The notes beneath the pieces were generated by a model, which did no database searches, was not told where the DNA came from, and saw only the letters and a program-made list of their open reading frames with translations. From NCBI GenBank assembly GCA_044229845.1, contig JBGASG010000001.1, positions 448,001 through 512,000 of the forward strand: a stretch of 64,000 bases of DNA, in the 5' to 3' direction. Shown in pieces: positions 49,433 through 59,364 of this stretch. Source of the DNA: Candidatus Obscuribacteraceae bacterium. GTDB taxonomy: Bacteria; Cyanobacteriota; Vampirovibrionia; Obscuribacterales; Obscuribacteraceae. Position numbers and translations under genes: made by a program. Every line of letters starts with the position of its first letter. Positions within the stretch are counted from its first letter, which is position 1.

Positions 49433-50623
49433 ATGACAGGACCTCTCATAACCTCAGGCGCTAAATACCACCGCAAAGGCTTTGGTCTCAAGGAACAGAT
49501 CCAGGGTGAGCTGAGCGCCGAATATGAATCTGAACTAATCGCCGAATTACGTGCAAACGGCAACAAATTGCAAGTCGGTGACATAACCATCAAGTTGGCT
49601 GAGGCTTTCGGCTTTTGCTGGGGTGTCGATCGCGCTGTCTCGATGGCTTATGAAACGCGCAAACAGTTTCCCGAACGACGCATCTGGATCACCAATGAGA
49701 TCATTCACAACCCGTTGGTAAACGCCAATCTGCGTCAGATGAACATTGCGTTTGTGCCTGTCTCCGAATGTGGTGCCAAAGACTTCTCCGGTATCGCTGA
49801 AGGTGACGTGGTCATTTTGCCGGCTTTCGGAGCGTCCGTTCAGGAAATGCAGCTTCTAGAAAGCAAACAGTGCGAGATCGTCGATACCACTTGCCCGTGG
49901 GTTTCGCGGGTGTGGAATCGAGTCGACAAATACAAGAAAGGCGAATTCACGGCGCTCATTCACGGTAAATACAATCATGAAGAAACCATCGCCACTTCCT
50001 CGCGCGCTCGCCATTATCTGATCGTTCAAAATCTTGCCGAAGCGGAATGGGTTTGCAACTACATTCTTGAGGGCGGAGACAGCCAGGAGTTTCTCACTAA
50101 ATTCAAAGATGCGGTATCGGCAGGTTTCAATCCCGATCAGCATCTTCAACGCCTCGGTGTAGCCAACCAGACCACCATGCTCAAAGGAGAGACCGAGCAG
50201 ATCGGCAAGTTGGTGGAGCGCACCATGCTGCGCAAGTTTGGTGCCACCAATCTCAACGAACATTTCCTCAGCCCCGGTGACACCATTTGCGATGCCACTC
50301 AGGAGCGTCAGGACGCCATGTTGACTCTCGTTGAAGAGCCGCTCGATCTGGTGCTGGTGATTGGCGGATTCAACTCATCCAATACCGGACACTTGCAGGA
50401 AATCGCTGTTGAGAAGGGGCTGACTGCCTATCACATTGACGGTCCGGATTGCATCTTGCCCGACAATACGATTCGCCACAAGCCGATTCATTCCGCCCAG
50501 CCGATTGCCACTACGCCCTGGCTGCCGACGGGAGCCTGCTCTATGGGTATCACGGCCGGTGCCTCCACTCCCGATCAGGTGATTGCCGGCGTGATCGGCA
50601 GAATTCTGCAGTCGCGTCAATAA
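49433..50623 (+). CDS. ispH: 4-hydroxy-3-methylbut-2-enyl diphosphate reductase (cyanobacterial/plant type)
   Basis: [44 protein letters not shown] and GASTP motifs, with the N-terminal extension. Confidence 0.97.
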   Translation: MTGPLITSGAKYHRKGFGLKEQIQGELSAEYESELIAELRANGNKLQVGDITIKLAEAFGFCWGVDRAVSMAYETRKQFPERRIWITNEIIHNPLVNANLRQMNIAFVPVSECGAKDFSGIAEGDVVILPAFGASVQEMQLLESKQCEIVDTTCPWVSRVWNRVDKYKKGEFTALIHGKYNHEETIATSSRARHYLIVQNLAEAEWVCNYILEGGDSQEFLTKFKDAVSAGFNPDQHLQRLGVANQTTMLKGETEQIGKLVERTMLRKFGATNLNEHFLSPGDTICDATQERQDAMLTLVEEPLDLVLVIGGFNSSNTGHLQEIAVEKGLTAYHIDGPDCILPDNTIRHKPIHSAQPIATTPWLPTGACSMGITAGASTPDQVIAGVIGRILQSRQ

Positions 50624-50626
50624 CGC

Positions 50627-51355
50627 ATGTCGACAGCCAGGCCGCCTGCCGCACTAATCACCGCCGGTGCCAAGCGCATCGGTCGAGCGATGTCTATGCG
50701 CCTGGCGCGCAGAGGCTATGACGTGGCGGTGCACTATCACAAGTCTCGTGCGGAAGCTGAGGAATTGCGGGATCAACTGGTACACCTGGGAGTTGCCTGC
50801 AAGCTGTTCGAGGCTGACTTTAACGACACGGCCGACACCGCCGCGCTGGTGGAGCAAGTGCATCAGGAGTTGCCCAATTTGCAGCTTCTCATCAACAGCG
50901 CCTCCGTTTTTCATCCGGTCGATTTTCTCAAAAGCGATGAGAAAGATATCGACGACAATATCAACGTGCACCTGCGCGCTCCCTATTTGTTGACCCGCGA
51001 ATTCGCGCGCAGCATCGGCAAAGGCCAGATCGTAAACATTGTCGATGCTTCGTTTGTCCGTCACGAAACTGCTTTCTTCGCCTACCAGTTGACCAAGAAG
51101 GCCCTGGTTGAATTGACCCTGATGTCGGCGCGGCGCCTTGCTCCTGATATTCGTGTCAACGCTATCGCACCGGGTTTGGTGCTGCCCCCGGAGGGCAAGT
51201 CGGGCACGGACTTCGAACTTAAAATGGAAGCTAATCCGCTGAAGCGCCGTGCGCAAGTGGAAGATGTTGTCGATGCTCTGGATTATTTGCTGACACAGCA
51301 GCACGTCACAGGGCAGATACTGTTTGTGGACGGCGGCGAGCACATCGACTTCTAG
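50627..51355 (+). CDS. Pteridine reductase-like SDR (FolM/PTR1 family)
   Basis: TAGAKRIG (Arg typical of pteridine reductases), NSAS.F, Y...K (AYQLTK), LAP.IRVN.IAPG and TGQ...VDGG. Confidence 0.8.
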   Translation: MSTARPPAALITAGAKRIGRAMSMRLARRGYDVAVHYHKSRAEAEELRDQLVHLGVACKLFEADFNDTADTAALVEQVHQELPNLQLLINSASVFHPVDFLKSDEKDIDDNINVHLRAPYLLTREFARSIGKGQIVNIVDASFVRHETAFFAYQLTKKALVELTLMSARRLAPDIRVNAIAPGLVLPPEGKSGTDFELKMEANPLKRRAQVEDVVDALDYLLTQQHVTGQILFVDGGEHIDF

Positions 51356-51359
51356 CAGA

Positions 51360-52589
51360 ATGACCAAGCAGCTGACACCATTCGATCCCGGTTCAGAGCA
51401 ACACCAGAGTGAACCGTACAAAGTCTATGAAGAGTACCGGCGCCTGCCATCGGTGCATGCCGGTATCGGCACCCGGGGGCAAAATTGTTTCTACCTGTTT
51501 GCCTATGATCTCGTAGCGGCGGCGCTTAAAGATAGCCGCCTGGCGCACGATGCAGCCTCGCTGCACGAAACCGGTGGTGCGCCTGTGCCACCACAGACGG
51601 GATTTTTCGCCATCGCCCAAAACTTTTTGATCTCCTGCGACCCGCCCAAGCACACGCGTTTGCGCGCGCTGGTCAACCAGTCCTTTACGCCCACGATAGT
51701 CGAGTCTTTGCGTGGATTTATCGAGAACACCGCCGACCAGCTGCTCGACAATTGTGCCAGTCATTCGTCTGCATTTGACCTGATCTCGGAGTACTCATCG
51801 CCTCTTTCCTTGCTGATTATCGCCGCCATGCTCGGACTGAACGTCGGCAACGATCTGCAGGCTGACCAATTTAGAGAGTGGTCCGAGGCGCTGGCGACCA
51901 CAATGGAGTCGCAATCACCGGCAACCATCGGTCGCGCCGTGCAAGCCGGGGATGCTCTCTGCGACTCGTTGCGTGGCGTCATCGAACGCCGCCGCCGGAA
52001 GCCTGAAGATGACCTGATCAGCAACTTGATCGGCGTTGAGGAAAGTGGTGGTGGCAAATTGAATGAAATCGAAATGCTGGCGATTTGCATGATGATTGTC
52101 GTGGCTGGGCATGAAACCACGGCCAGCCTGATTGGCAATGGACTTCTGGCTTTGCTGAACAATCCCCTGCAACTGAGCTGCCTGCGCGACGAGCCGCAGT
52201 TAGCTAGAGGTGCGGTGGAAGAGATGCTGCGGTTCGATCCGCCCGGTCGCATCGCCTGGCGTTGGGCTGCCTGTGACCTGAAGCTGGGCAACACGGACAT
52301 CCCGCGCCTGTCCCAAGTCGGTCTGGTGGTTGCCTCGGCAAACCGTGATGAGCGGAAGTTTGCCGATCCCGATCGTTTTGATATCAGCCGCGATGCCAGT
52401 GGACATCTGGCGTTCGGCTTGGGCAGCCATTTCTGTCTTGGCGCTCCCCTGGCTCGGCTGACCGGCGAGATTGCCTTTCAAAAGTTGCTGGCGCGTTTTC
52501 CCGCGCTGTCGCTTGACACATCGCATCAGCTCGAGTGGCGGGAGAGCAAAAGTTTTCGCTCCTTGAAGAAACTGCTGCTGCATCGGTGA
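51360..52589 (+). CDS. Cytochrome P450
   Basis: DPPKHTRLR, AGHETT, EEMLR and HLAFGLGSHFCLG motifs. Start ATG 51360. Confidence 0.96.
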   Translation: MTKQLTPFDPGSEQHQSEPYKVYEEYRRLPSVHAGIGTRGQNCFYLFAYDLVAAALKDSRLAHDAASLHETGGAPVPPQTGFFAIAQNFLISCDPPKHTRLRALVNQSFTPTIVESLRGFIENTADQLLDNCASHSSAFDLISEYSSPLSLLIIAAMLGLNVGNDLQADQFREWSEALATTMESQSPATIGRAVQAGDALCDSLRGVIERRRRKPEDDLISNLIGVEESGGGKLNEIEMLAICMMIVVAGHETTASLIGNGLLALLNNPLQLSCLRDEPQLARGAVEEMLRFDPPGRIAWRWAACDLKLGNTDIPRLSQVGLVVASANRDERKFADPDRFDISRDASGHLAFGLGSHFCLGAPLARLTGEIAFQKLLARFPALSLDTSHQLEWRESKSFRSLKKLLLHR

Positions 52590-52630
52590 GGCGCGTGGCT
52601 GCCAGAGTCATGTTGGTGAGCTATATTAGT

Positions 52631-52650
52631 AGGCAGGCAGGCAGGCAGGC
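52631..52650 (+). repeat. (AGGC)5 simple sequence repeat
   Basis: aggcaggcaggcaggcaggc directly visible. Confidence 0.9.
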
Positions 52651-52668
52651 GATTGGCGGAACTTTCAT

Positions 52669-53145
52669 ATGAATAGCAACGGACAGAACGGCGTGGAGAC
52701 CGAAAGGCTTTTAGTGGAGCACGACCAGCTCCTTTCTCGGTCCAGGCACGCAGAGGCGAAAGTGCTCTTGCAAGATGCCCTGGTGGCTGCCTACGAAGAC
52801 AATCCGATGAGCATGGACGTGATTCGGCTTCTGGATGCCCTGGCGCTTGGCTGCAAGGAAGTCGAGCAGTTTCAGGAGGCTTCCGTCTATCTGGCGCAGT
52901 CCCTGGCGCTGAAGAAACTGCTGCTCGGTCCGAAGCATCCCGACATTGTCATTGCCATGCGCCGTCTGGGTTTCTGTCTCGATCCCGATCGAGCCCGTGT
53001 GATCAGGGTGGCAACCAAACGGTTGGCCAAGGAATTGGGGCTGACGGATCAAATTATCGTTGAAGATCTGGTTGCGGAAGATCACTTGTTGACGGCTGAG
53101 CAACTGGCAAAACTGGAGCGGCTCCTGAAGCACTGCGATAACTGA
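52669..53145 (+). CDS. Small TPR-like protein
   Basis: LDALA....QFQEA..YL.QSLAL...LLGPKHPD motif. Confidence 0.75.
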   Translation: MNSNGQNGVETERLLVEHDQLLSRSRHAEAKVLLQDALVAAYEDNPMSMDVIRLLDALALGCKEVEQFQEASVYLAQSLALKKLLLGPKHPDIVIAMRRLGFCLDPDRARVIRVATKRLAKELGLTDQIIVEDLVAEDHLLTAEQLAKLERLLKHCDN

Positions 53146-54064
53146 CCAGTTGCAACGCGCCCAGCACCGTTTCGGCTGCCAATGAATCCATACAGCGGAA
53201 CCCCTCCGATACGCAGGACCAGTCGTGCGGCGTGAAGTCCGGGCCCGCCTGGGGACGTTCGTTGTGTGCGCACGCTCTTTCTGTTGCATAACACGCCGAT
53301 GCGCAGGGCTGCCCGGCGACTATCGCCTGCACGTGCGCATACGGGCGAAAGTAGATAGGATTGTGCCGATAGAGAGCGACGGTGGGAATGCTTTGATGCA
53401 CAGCCAGGTGCATGAGTCCGGTGTCGACTGCCACCACTGCGCGACTGCTCGAGATGACATCGATAGCTTCAGGCAAGCTGGGAGTGGGCAGCCAGGGCCA
53501 ACCAGCGGACAGCAACTGCGCCACTGCCGGCGAATGCTCAGGCTCGCCGAGCACGGCGATTTTCAATTTGCCGCCCGCCTGCAGCGATAGCCAGTTTTCG
53601 GTCGGCCAGCACTTAAATGAGAAGGCGCTGCCGGGGATCAACAAGACTGTATCGGCAAGCTCCGGCCGCGGCGTGAACGCCAGCCTTTCCAGGCGATCGA
53701 GACTGGCGTCGATACCCAGGTCTCGACAAATATGTCCGAGAATGTCGTTGATTCGATAACTGGGATAGGCAGCTGAAAATGTGTCGGATCCCCACCAGTA
53801 GTCAGTCTGCAGAGGGTGATTGCGCATGTCGAAATAGCTGTCGCCGGCTGACAGTTGGCGAGGATCGAACTGCCACTCGAGCACGGTTCCTGACAGTCCG
53901 GGAATGCGATCTGCCAGTTGGGCATGGGCACTGGCTCTCAAAATGAGCCAGGTCTGCGCGCCTGCGGCAATCAAAGATTGCACTACCGGCAGTGTCACAA
54001 TCAAGTCACCCAATCCTAGTGCCGGCGGTGCCAGAAAAACTCTTCTTGTGCCGCTCTTGTTCAT
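53054..54064 (-). CDS. Glycosyltransferase family 9 (heptosyltransferase-like)
   Basis: GLGDL...LP, PGS....KCWP...W and VDTGLMHLA.....PTVAL motifs. True start is probably ATG 54064, overlapping the stop of the folX-like gene. Confidence 0.88.
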   Translation of the reverse strand: MNKSGTRRVFLAPPALGLGDLIVTLPVVQSLIAAGAQTWLILRASAHAQLADRIPGLSGTVLEWQFDPRQLSAGDSYFDMRNHPLQTDYWWGSDTFSAAYPSYRINDILGHICRDLGIDASLDRLERLAFTPRPELADTVLLIPGSAFSFKCWPTENWLSLQAGGKLKIAVLGEPEHSPAVAQLLSAGWPWLPTPSLPEAIDVISSSRAVVAVDTGLMHLAVHQSIPTVALYRHNPIYFRPYAHVQAIVAGQPCASACYATERACAHNERPQAGPDFTPHDWSCVSEGFRCMDSLAAETVLGALQLVSYRSASGAAPVLPVAQPSTSDLPQPDLQR

Positions 54065-54420
54065 TTCTGAGTTCCGCTTTTTACTTCCAGCTCCACAGAG
54101 GTGGAATCGGCGGACTTGACGGCATTCGGCTTGTCGACCTCGACGCGCGCGCGGCAGATGCGTTTGTCCTCCATGACCGTGCGCAGCACGTTTCCTGCCA
54201 GAGTTTCGATCAGCTGATACTGGGAATTTTCGACGAGCTCGATCACCTTTTTGGAGATCGTGCGGTAGTCGATTGTGTCTTCCAGGTTGTCCGAGCGGGC
54301 GGCCTCTTGACCGTCGAACTCGACCTCTAAATTGATAATCACCGCTTGCGGCTCTGTCCTTTCCCAGGGGTTGACACCAACTATCGCTCGCAATCTGAGA
54401 TTTTTGATACGGATGATCAT
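54061..54420 (-). CDS. FolB/FolX-family T-fold protein, more FolX-like (dihydroneopterin triphosphate epimerase)
   Basis: IIRIKNLRLR, DYRT, LIETLA, VEVDKP and ADS.SV motifs. The N-terminus matches my recollection of E. coli FolX. Confidence 0.85.
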   Translation of the reverse strand: MIIRIKNLRLRAIVGVNPWERTEPQAVIINLEVEFDGQEAARSDNLEDTIDYRTISKKVIELVENSQYQLIETLAGNVLRTVMEDKRICRARVEVDKPNAVKSADSTSVELEVKSGTQK

Positions 54421-55334
54421 CGAACCGGCTCCGGAGTTTTGAGTTTGTCCAGCACTGCATCAACAGAGATCTGAGTCATGCAACGCTCAGCTTCGGTTTC
54501 CTGGCATTGCCAGTTCTTGAGCGGCGCCCAGCTTTGCCACTCGACGTCTTCGTTGAGCGGCTCTTCCATTGATAAATCGAAACAGCGGCTGCCGCATGCC
54601 GGTGCCGTGACGGCGGCGGCGTTCTTTTCGCGGCGCATATAAAAGGGTTCGTTCAAGTAAAGCCCGATTGTCGGTGTGCCCTGGTGAATCGAAAGATGCA
54701 TGGGACCGGTGTCGATTGATACCACAGACAGTGCCGATGAAACTGCATCGACGAGATCGGCGAACGTGGGAGTCGGCCAGTGTCGCAGTCCGGCGCGCAA
54801 AAGTTCATGCACCGGCGGCGACTTGTCCGGCTCGCCGATGACCAGCACGCGACCGTGCAGCCGTTCTGCGAGAGTCAGCCAGTGTTGGGTCGGCCAGCGT
54901 TTTACGTCGTGAGAACTGCCCGGCACCAGCAAAATCTGGTCGTGCAGTTGGCTGACGGTGCGGTACGGCAAGGGTCTAAGTGTGCTGAAGTCGCAGACAA
55001 TTCCCTTGTCGGCGGCGATGTGCGCTGCTACTTCCATGATCAAATAGTCCGGATAGAGATTTTTGAACTCCGGCGTGTCCCACCTGTACTCGGTCTGCAG
55101 TGGGTGGTCTCGCATGTTCAGGTAACGACTGCCCGGAGGCAGTGGTTGGCTGAGAAAGTCCGGCTCGGAAATAGTTCCGGACAGCCCCGGTATGTACCCT
55201 GCCAGTCCCAACTGAGCCGGGGAGCGCACCACCAGAATCGTTTCTTCACCAGAGGCAATCAGCGCCTGCAAAGCCGGCAGGGAAATCACTAAATCTCCCA
55301 ACCCTCGACTGATCGGCGAAAAATATACGGACAT
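54417..55334 (-). CDS. Glycosyltransferase family 9 (heptosyltransferase-like), paralog of 53054-54064
   Basis: GLGDL, PGSS...KRWP...W and DTGPMHL motifs; shared MR.HPLQT.Y.W motif. Confidence 0.88.
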   Translation of the reverse strand: MSVYFSPISRGLGDLVISLPALQALIASGEETILVVRSPAQLGLAGYIPGLSGTISEPDFLSQPLPPGSRYLNMRDHPLQTEYRWDTPEFKNLYPDYLIMEVAAHIAADKGIVCDFSTLRPLPYRTVSQLHDQILLVPGSSHDVKRWPTQHWLTLAERLHGRVLVIGEPDKSPPVHELLRAGLRHWPTPTFADLVDAVSSALSVVSIDTGPMHLSIHQGTPTIGLYLNEPFYMRREKNAAAVTAPACGSRCFDLSMEEPLNEDVEWQSWAPLKNWQCQETEAERCMTQISVDAVLDKLKTPEPVR

Positions 55335-55358
55335 TGATACCGCTAATGATGCCGTGAG

Positions 55359-56444
55359 TTATTTGGTGCCGCCAGCATTCAAGGTTGCCAATCCTTCGGA
55401 GGCTGGCTTGAATTGCGGATTGATCTCCAGCGCTGCGTTGTATTCGCTCTTGGCTGCTTCTTTGTTGCCTTGTTTTTCTAAAAACTTGGCGTATGCCGTG
55501 CGCACGGTCACGTCTTTGGGCGAGATGGCAACGGCGTTTTTGAAGGCGATCTCGGCTTTGGCGGTATCGCCTTTCTTGAGCAGAAACTCTCCGAGGCGGA
55601 TATGTGCGGGCATGAAACGTGGATAGGAGCGAATGGCCATCTGCTGGCTCTTGATGCCTTCATCGGTGAAGCCTTTTTCAAACTGCACCACACCCAATCC
55701 GGAAAGGGCGTTGGGGTGTCCGGGAGCAATCTTGAGAGCGTGTTTGAAGGCGTCGCCGGCTTGCTCGTAGTCTTTGGCGTCGAGGTTGATGTTGCCCAGG
55801 TTTACATATGCTTCGGGGAACTTCGGCTCGAGTTTGATCGCTTCTTCCTCTTCTTTAATGGCTTCTTTGAGGTTGCCTTTGCGCGACAGGAGAATGCCTA
55901 AGTTCAGGTGCGGCAGCGCTCGCTCTGGTTTGAGTTCGGCGGCTTTTCTGAATGCGGTGATCGATTCGTCGATGCTGCCTTTTTGCAAAAGTGCCACGCC
56001 GTAATCTACCTGTGCACCGAAGGACGTCGGCTTCAGTTCGATGGCTTGCTTGAATTCTGCCAGCGCTTCGTCGATTTTGCCTTGATTGGTATAGACCTGA
56101 CCGAGAGTGACGTGCGGCATGAAGTATTTGGGGTCGAGCTTGACCGAGAGCTTAGCTTCGTTGATGGCTGTCTCATAATGGTCTTCGCCGGAAGCGCCGA
56201 GGGAAGCTGCCAGGCGTTGGTGCGCTTTGGGCGAATCAGGATTCATACGCACTGCTTCCTGGAACGCGGAGACTGCCAGTTTAAGCTGCTGTGGTGTCAG
56301 AGGCAGCTTCGACATCAATTTGTCGCCTTTGGCGATCTGAGCATCGACGGCGGCATCATCGGCCGCGAGCGCCAGTCCTTGCACTGCCAGGGAGAGGGAA
56401 ACCGAAATCTGGACAGCTGTTGCTATGAGTTTGTGGCTTTTCAA
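55359..56444 (-). CDS. Secreted TPR-repeat protein
   Basis: Multiple TPRs; probable TTG start at 56444 after GAGGAAG, followed by a signal peptide. Confidence 0.88.
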   Translation of the reverse strand: MKSHKLIATAVQISVSLSLAVQGLALAADDAAVDAQIAKGDKLMSKLPLTPQQLKLAVSAFQEAVRMNPDSPKAHQRLAASLGASGEDHYETAINEAKLSVKLDPKYFMPHVTLGQVYTNQGKIDEALAEFKQAIELKPTSFGAQVDYGVALLQKGSIDESITAFRKAAELKPERALPHLNLGILLSRKGNLKEAIKEEEEAIKLEPKFPEAYVNLGNINLDAKDYEQAGDAFKHALKIAPGHPNALSGLGVVQFEKGFTDEGIKSQQMAIRSYPRFMPAHIRLGEFLLKKGDTAKAEIAFKNAVAISPKDVTVRTAYAKFLEKQGNKEAAKSEYNAALEINPQFKPASEGLATLNAGGTK

Positions 56445-56597
56445 GATCTTCTTCCTCGTGTCTCTTGGCAGGCGGGCAGCGGAAAGTATATATATCCAAT
56501 TCGAGCGCGTGACGCCATGCGATACTATCAAGGCCGCCGCGAAAGCACGCTAGAGCTTTGTCATTATTAACGCTTTGAGAACGCTTGAGACTGACTG

Positions 56598-57623
56598 GTG
56601 ACCGAAAGCGCCTTTCTAAAAGCCTGCCGCCGAGAGCCCAACGCTCTCACACCTGTCTGGCTGATGCGCCAGGCCGGACGCTTCCTGCCTGAGTTTCGCG
56701 AGATCAGGCGCAAGGTCGATTTTCTGACGCTCTGCAAAACTCCGGCTCTGGCGACCGAAGTCACGGTCATGGCCGTGGAGAAGTTAAAGGTTGATGCGGC
56801 GATCATTTTTGCCGATATCCTGCTGCCTCTGGACGCAATGGAGCGGGGATTGGAGTACGTTAAAGGCGAGGGACCGGTGATTCATAAACCGGTGCGTACT
56901 CCTGAGGACGTGCGAGCGCTTGGCGACCACCCGCACGAGAGCCTGTCCTATGTTTATGAAGCCCTGAAAATGACCAGGCAGGCGCTGCCGGCGGACAAGG
57001 CGTTAATCGGCTTTGCCGGTGCTCCATTTACAGTTGCGTCTTATTTGATCGAAGGCGGCTCGTCGCGCAATTTCGATCACACCAAGGCCTTCATGTATAA
57101 ACACAAAGCCGCCTGGGACGAGCTGCTCGGCAAGATCACTACTTTCACGTGCCAGTATCTGCAAGGACAGATTGCTGCCGGCGCGCAAGCTTATCAGCTG
57201 TTCGACAGTTGGGTGGGTAGCCTCTCTCCACAAGATTACCAGGAGTATGTGCAGCCATTTTCGCGCCGTGTGTTTGATACCGTCACCGGTGCGCCGTCGA
57301 TTCATTTCGGAACCGGCACCACCACTTTGCTGGAGTTGATGCGGGATGCGGGTGGTGACGTGATCGGCGTCGACTGGCGTATAAATCTTGACGAAGCCTG
57401 GCAGCGTGTCTCGTATGACCGCGCCATTCAGGGTAACCTCGATCCGTGTGTTTTACTTTCAGAAAAGAGTGAAATTAAGCGGCGCGTGGAATTAATACTA
57501 AGACAGGCAGAAAGGCGACCGGGGCACATCTTCAACCTTGGACACGGCGTTTTACCGCCTACTGAACCGCACATGGTCGAATACCTGGTCGAACTCGTAC
57601 ACGAAATGAGCGCTCAACCGTAG
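56598..57623 (+). CDS. hemE: Uroporphyrinogen decarboxylase
   Basis: PVWLMRQAGR, GFAGAPFT, QGNLDP and FNLGHG motifs. Confidence 0.97.
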   Translation: MTESAFLKACRREPNALTPVWLMRQAGRFLPEFREIRRKVDFLTLCKTPALATEVTVMAVEKLKVDAAIIFADILLPLDAMERGLEYVKGEGPVIHKPVRTPEDVRALGDHPHESLSYVYEALKMTRQALPADKALIGFAGAPFTVASYLIEGGSSRNFDHTKAFMYKHKAAWDELLGKITTFTCQYLQGQIAAGAQAYQLFDSWVGSLSPQDYQEYVQPFSRRVFDTVTGAPSIHFGTGTTTLLELMRDAGGDVIGVDWRINLDEAWQRVSYDRAIQGNLDPCVLLSEKSEIKRRVELILRQAERRPGHIFNLGHGVLPPTEPHMVEYLVELVHEMSAQP

Positions 57624-57634
57624 CGGGAAGTTGC

Positions 57635-59347
57635 ATGTCGCCTAACGCGAACGACAACGAGAAAAGCGAAGCGGCATCACCGGTGGTGCGCCCGAAAGTA
57701 GTTGTGATCGGCGCCGGCATTACCGGACTCTCGGCTGCCTATGAAGTGCTCACGCTCATGGACGGGCAGGTCGATGTGGTCGTGCTGGAGGCCATGGGGC
57801 GTGTAGGTGGCACGGTCAACACTTACGACATGGGCGACCTGGTTCTGGAATTGGGACCAGATTCCTTCTTTACGCAAAAGCCTGTGATGCTCGACTTGAT
57901 CAAGCGTCTCGACCTGGAAAAGCACCTGATCTGGACGAGCAACGAAAACCGTCGCACCCTGGTCGCTCATGAAGGCAAGCTCTGGCATCTGCCGGAAGGC
58001 TTTGCCATGTACGGACCCACCAAGCTGAAGCCGTTTCTCGATTCGCCCCTCTTCACGTGGAGCGGCAAGTTGCGGGCTTGCATGGACATGGCTCTGCCGA
58101 AGCGCTCCGGCGGCGGCGATGAGAGCCTTTCCGCATTTGTGCGCCGCCGTCTCGGTGACGAAATGCTCGAGCGGGTGATTCAGCCACTGGTCGCCGGCAT
58201 GTACACCGCCGATCCGGATCTGTTGAGCGTCAAATCGGGACTGCCGCGCCTCTACGATCTGGAACAGAAATACGGCAGCGTCACCCGCGGTCTGATAGCG
58301 GAAGCGCAGAAGACCGGTAGTAACGGCAGCGAGGAAGAAACCGAAGGCGGACCGCGCTATGGAATGTTTGCCAGTCTGGACGGCGGCATGTCGATCTTGA
58401 TCGATGGACTGATTAAAAAGCTGCCACTAAATACGGTGAGGACCCAATCGTACGCGATGCGTATCCGTCCCGGTGAGCATGAGAAACTCTGGGATGTGTG
58501 CCTGTTTGACGGTTCGATTTTGCCCTGCGATGCGGTGATTGTCGCCACTCCGGCCTTCCGGGCCGCCGACGTCATTCAGGACTTATCTCAGGACGCCTCG
58601 GAAAAGCTTCGTTCTATCTCGCATGCATCTTCGATCGTCGTCAATGTTATGTTCTATCGCGACGATGTCCCTCATGCTCTAGACGCTTTCGGGTTCGTGG
58701 TGCCCCGTTCGGAGAAACGCTCGATCATCGCTTGCAGTTTCAGCAGCAATAAATTCCCGGGACGCGCCCCTCAAGACAAGGTATTGATGCGTGTCTTCTT
58801 TGGCGGCGCCCTGCAGCCGGAAGTTTATGACTTTGCCGACGAGCATCTGCAGTGCCTGCTCTGGGAAGACCTGCATACTTATTTGGGAATTCGCGTTTTG
58901 CCGGTCTTCACGATGGTGACGCGCCACCCACAAGCGATGCCCCAGTACCATGTCGGGCATGGGGAGCTGATTGCCTCCGTCCGAAAGTCGTTGAAGGACC
59001 ATCCGGGTGTCGAGCTGGCCGGCAATGCTTACCAGGGCGTCGGCATTCCCGATTGCGTGCTCAGCGCGCAGACGGCTGCTCGCTCGGTGGCAGCAGTGCT
59101 CAAGCATCTGCCTGCCGCCCAGGCGCAAACGGCTGATCCGACGGCTGCAGTAACTTTGGCGGACATCCCGGAAGACTCCGAGGAAAAGGCGCAAGAAGCA
59201 CCCGAAGAAGAGAAGGCGCCGCAAGAGGAAAACTCAGAGGCACCCGCCGACGAGACCGATGCAGCCGCGGACGCTGCCTCTCAGGCTGACGGCGTTGAAC
59301 CTCCCGACTCGGAACCGAGTGCCCCCGAAGATACTATATATAGGTAG
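57635..59347 (+). CDS. hemY: HemY-type protoporphyrinogen/coproporphyrinogen oxidase with an acidic C-terminal tail
   Basis: GAGITGL, ELGPDS, FGFVVP, AMPQY.VGH and GVGIPDC motifs. Confidence 0.93.
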   Translation: MSPNANDNEKSEAASPVVRPKVVVIGAGITGLSAAYEVLTLMDGQVDVVVLEAMGRVGGTVNTYDMGDLVLELGPDSFFTQKPVMLDLIKRLDLEKHLIWTSNENRRTLVAHEGKLWHLPEGFAMYGPTKLKPFLDSPLFTWSGKLRACMDMALPKRSGGGDESLSAFVRRRLGDEMLERVIQPLVAGMYTADPDLLSVKSGLPRLYDLEQKYGSVTRGLIAEAQKTGSNGSEEETEGGPRYGMFASLDGGMSILIDGLIKKLPLNTVRTQSYAMRIRPGEHEKLWDVCLFDGSILPCDAVIVATPAFRAADVIQDLSQDASEKLRSISHASSIVVNVMFYRDDVPHALDAFGFVVPRSEKRSIIACSFSSNKFPGRAPQDKVLMRVFFGGALQPEVYDFADEHLQCLLWEDLHTYLGIRVLPVFTMVTRHPQAMPQYHVGHGELIASVRKSLKDHPGVELAGNAYQGVGIPDCVLSAQTAARSVAAVLKHLPAAQAQTADPTAAVTLADIPEDSEEKAQEAPEEEKAPQEENSEAPADETDAAADAASQADGVEPPDSEPSAPEDTIYR

Positions 59348-59364
59348 AGGAAGTAGGTAGAGGA

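Noticed and set aside
54065..54463. N-terminal 133 aa of the 469-aa ORF 53054..54463
   Set aside because: It overlaps the folX-like gene in another frame. GT9 similarity starts at ATG 54064.
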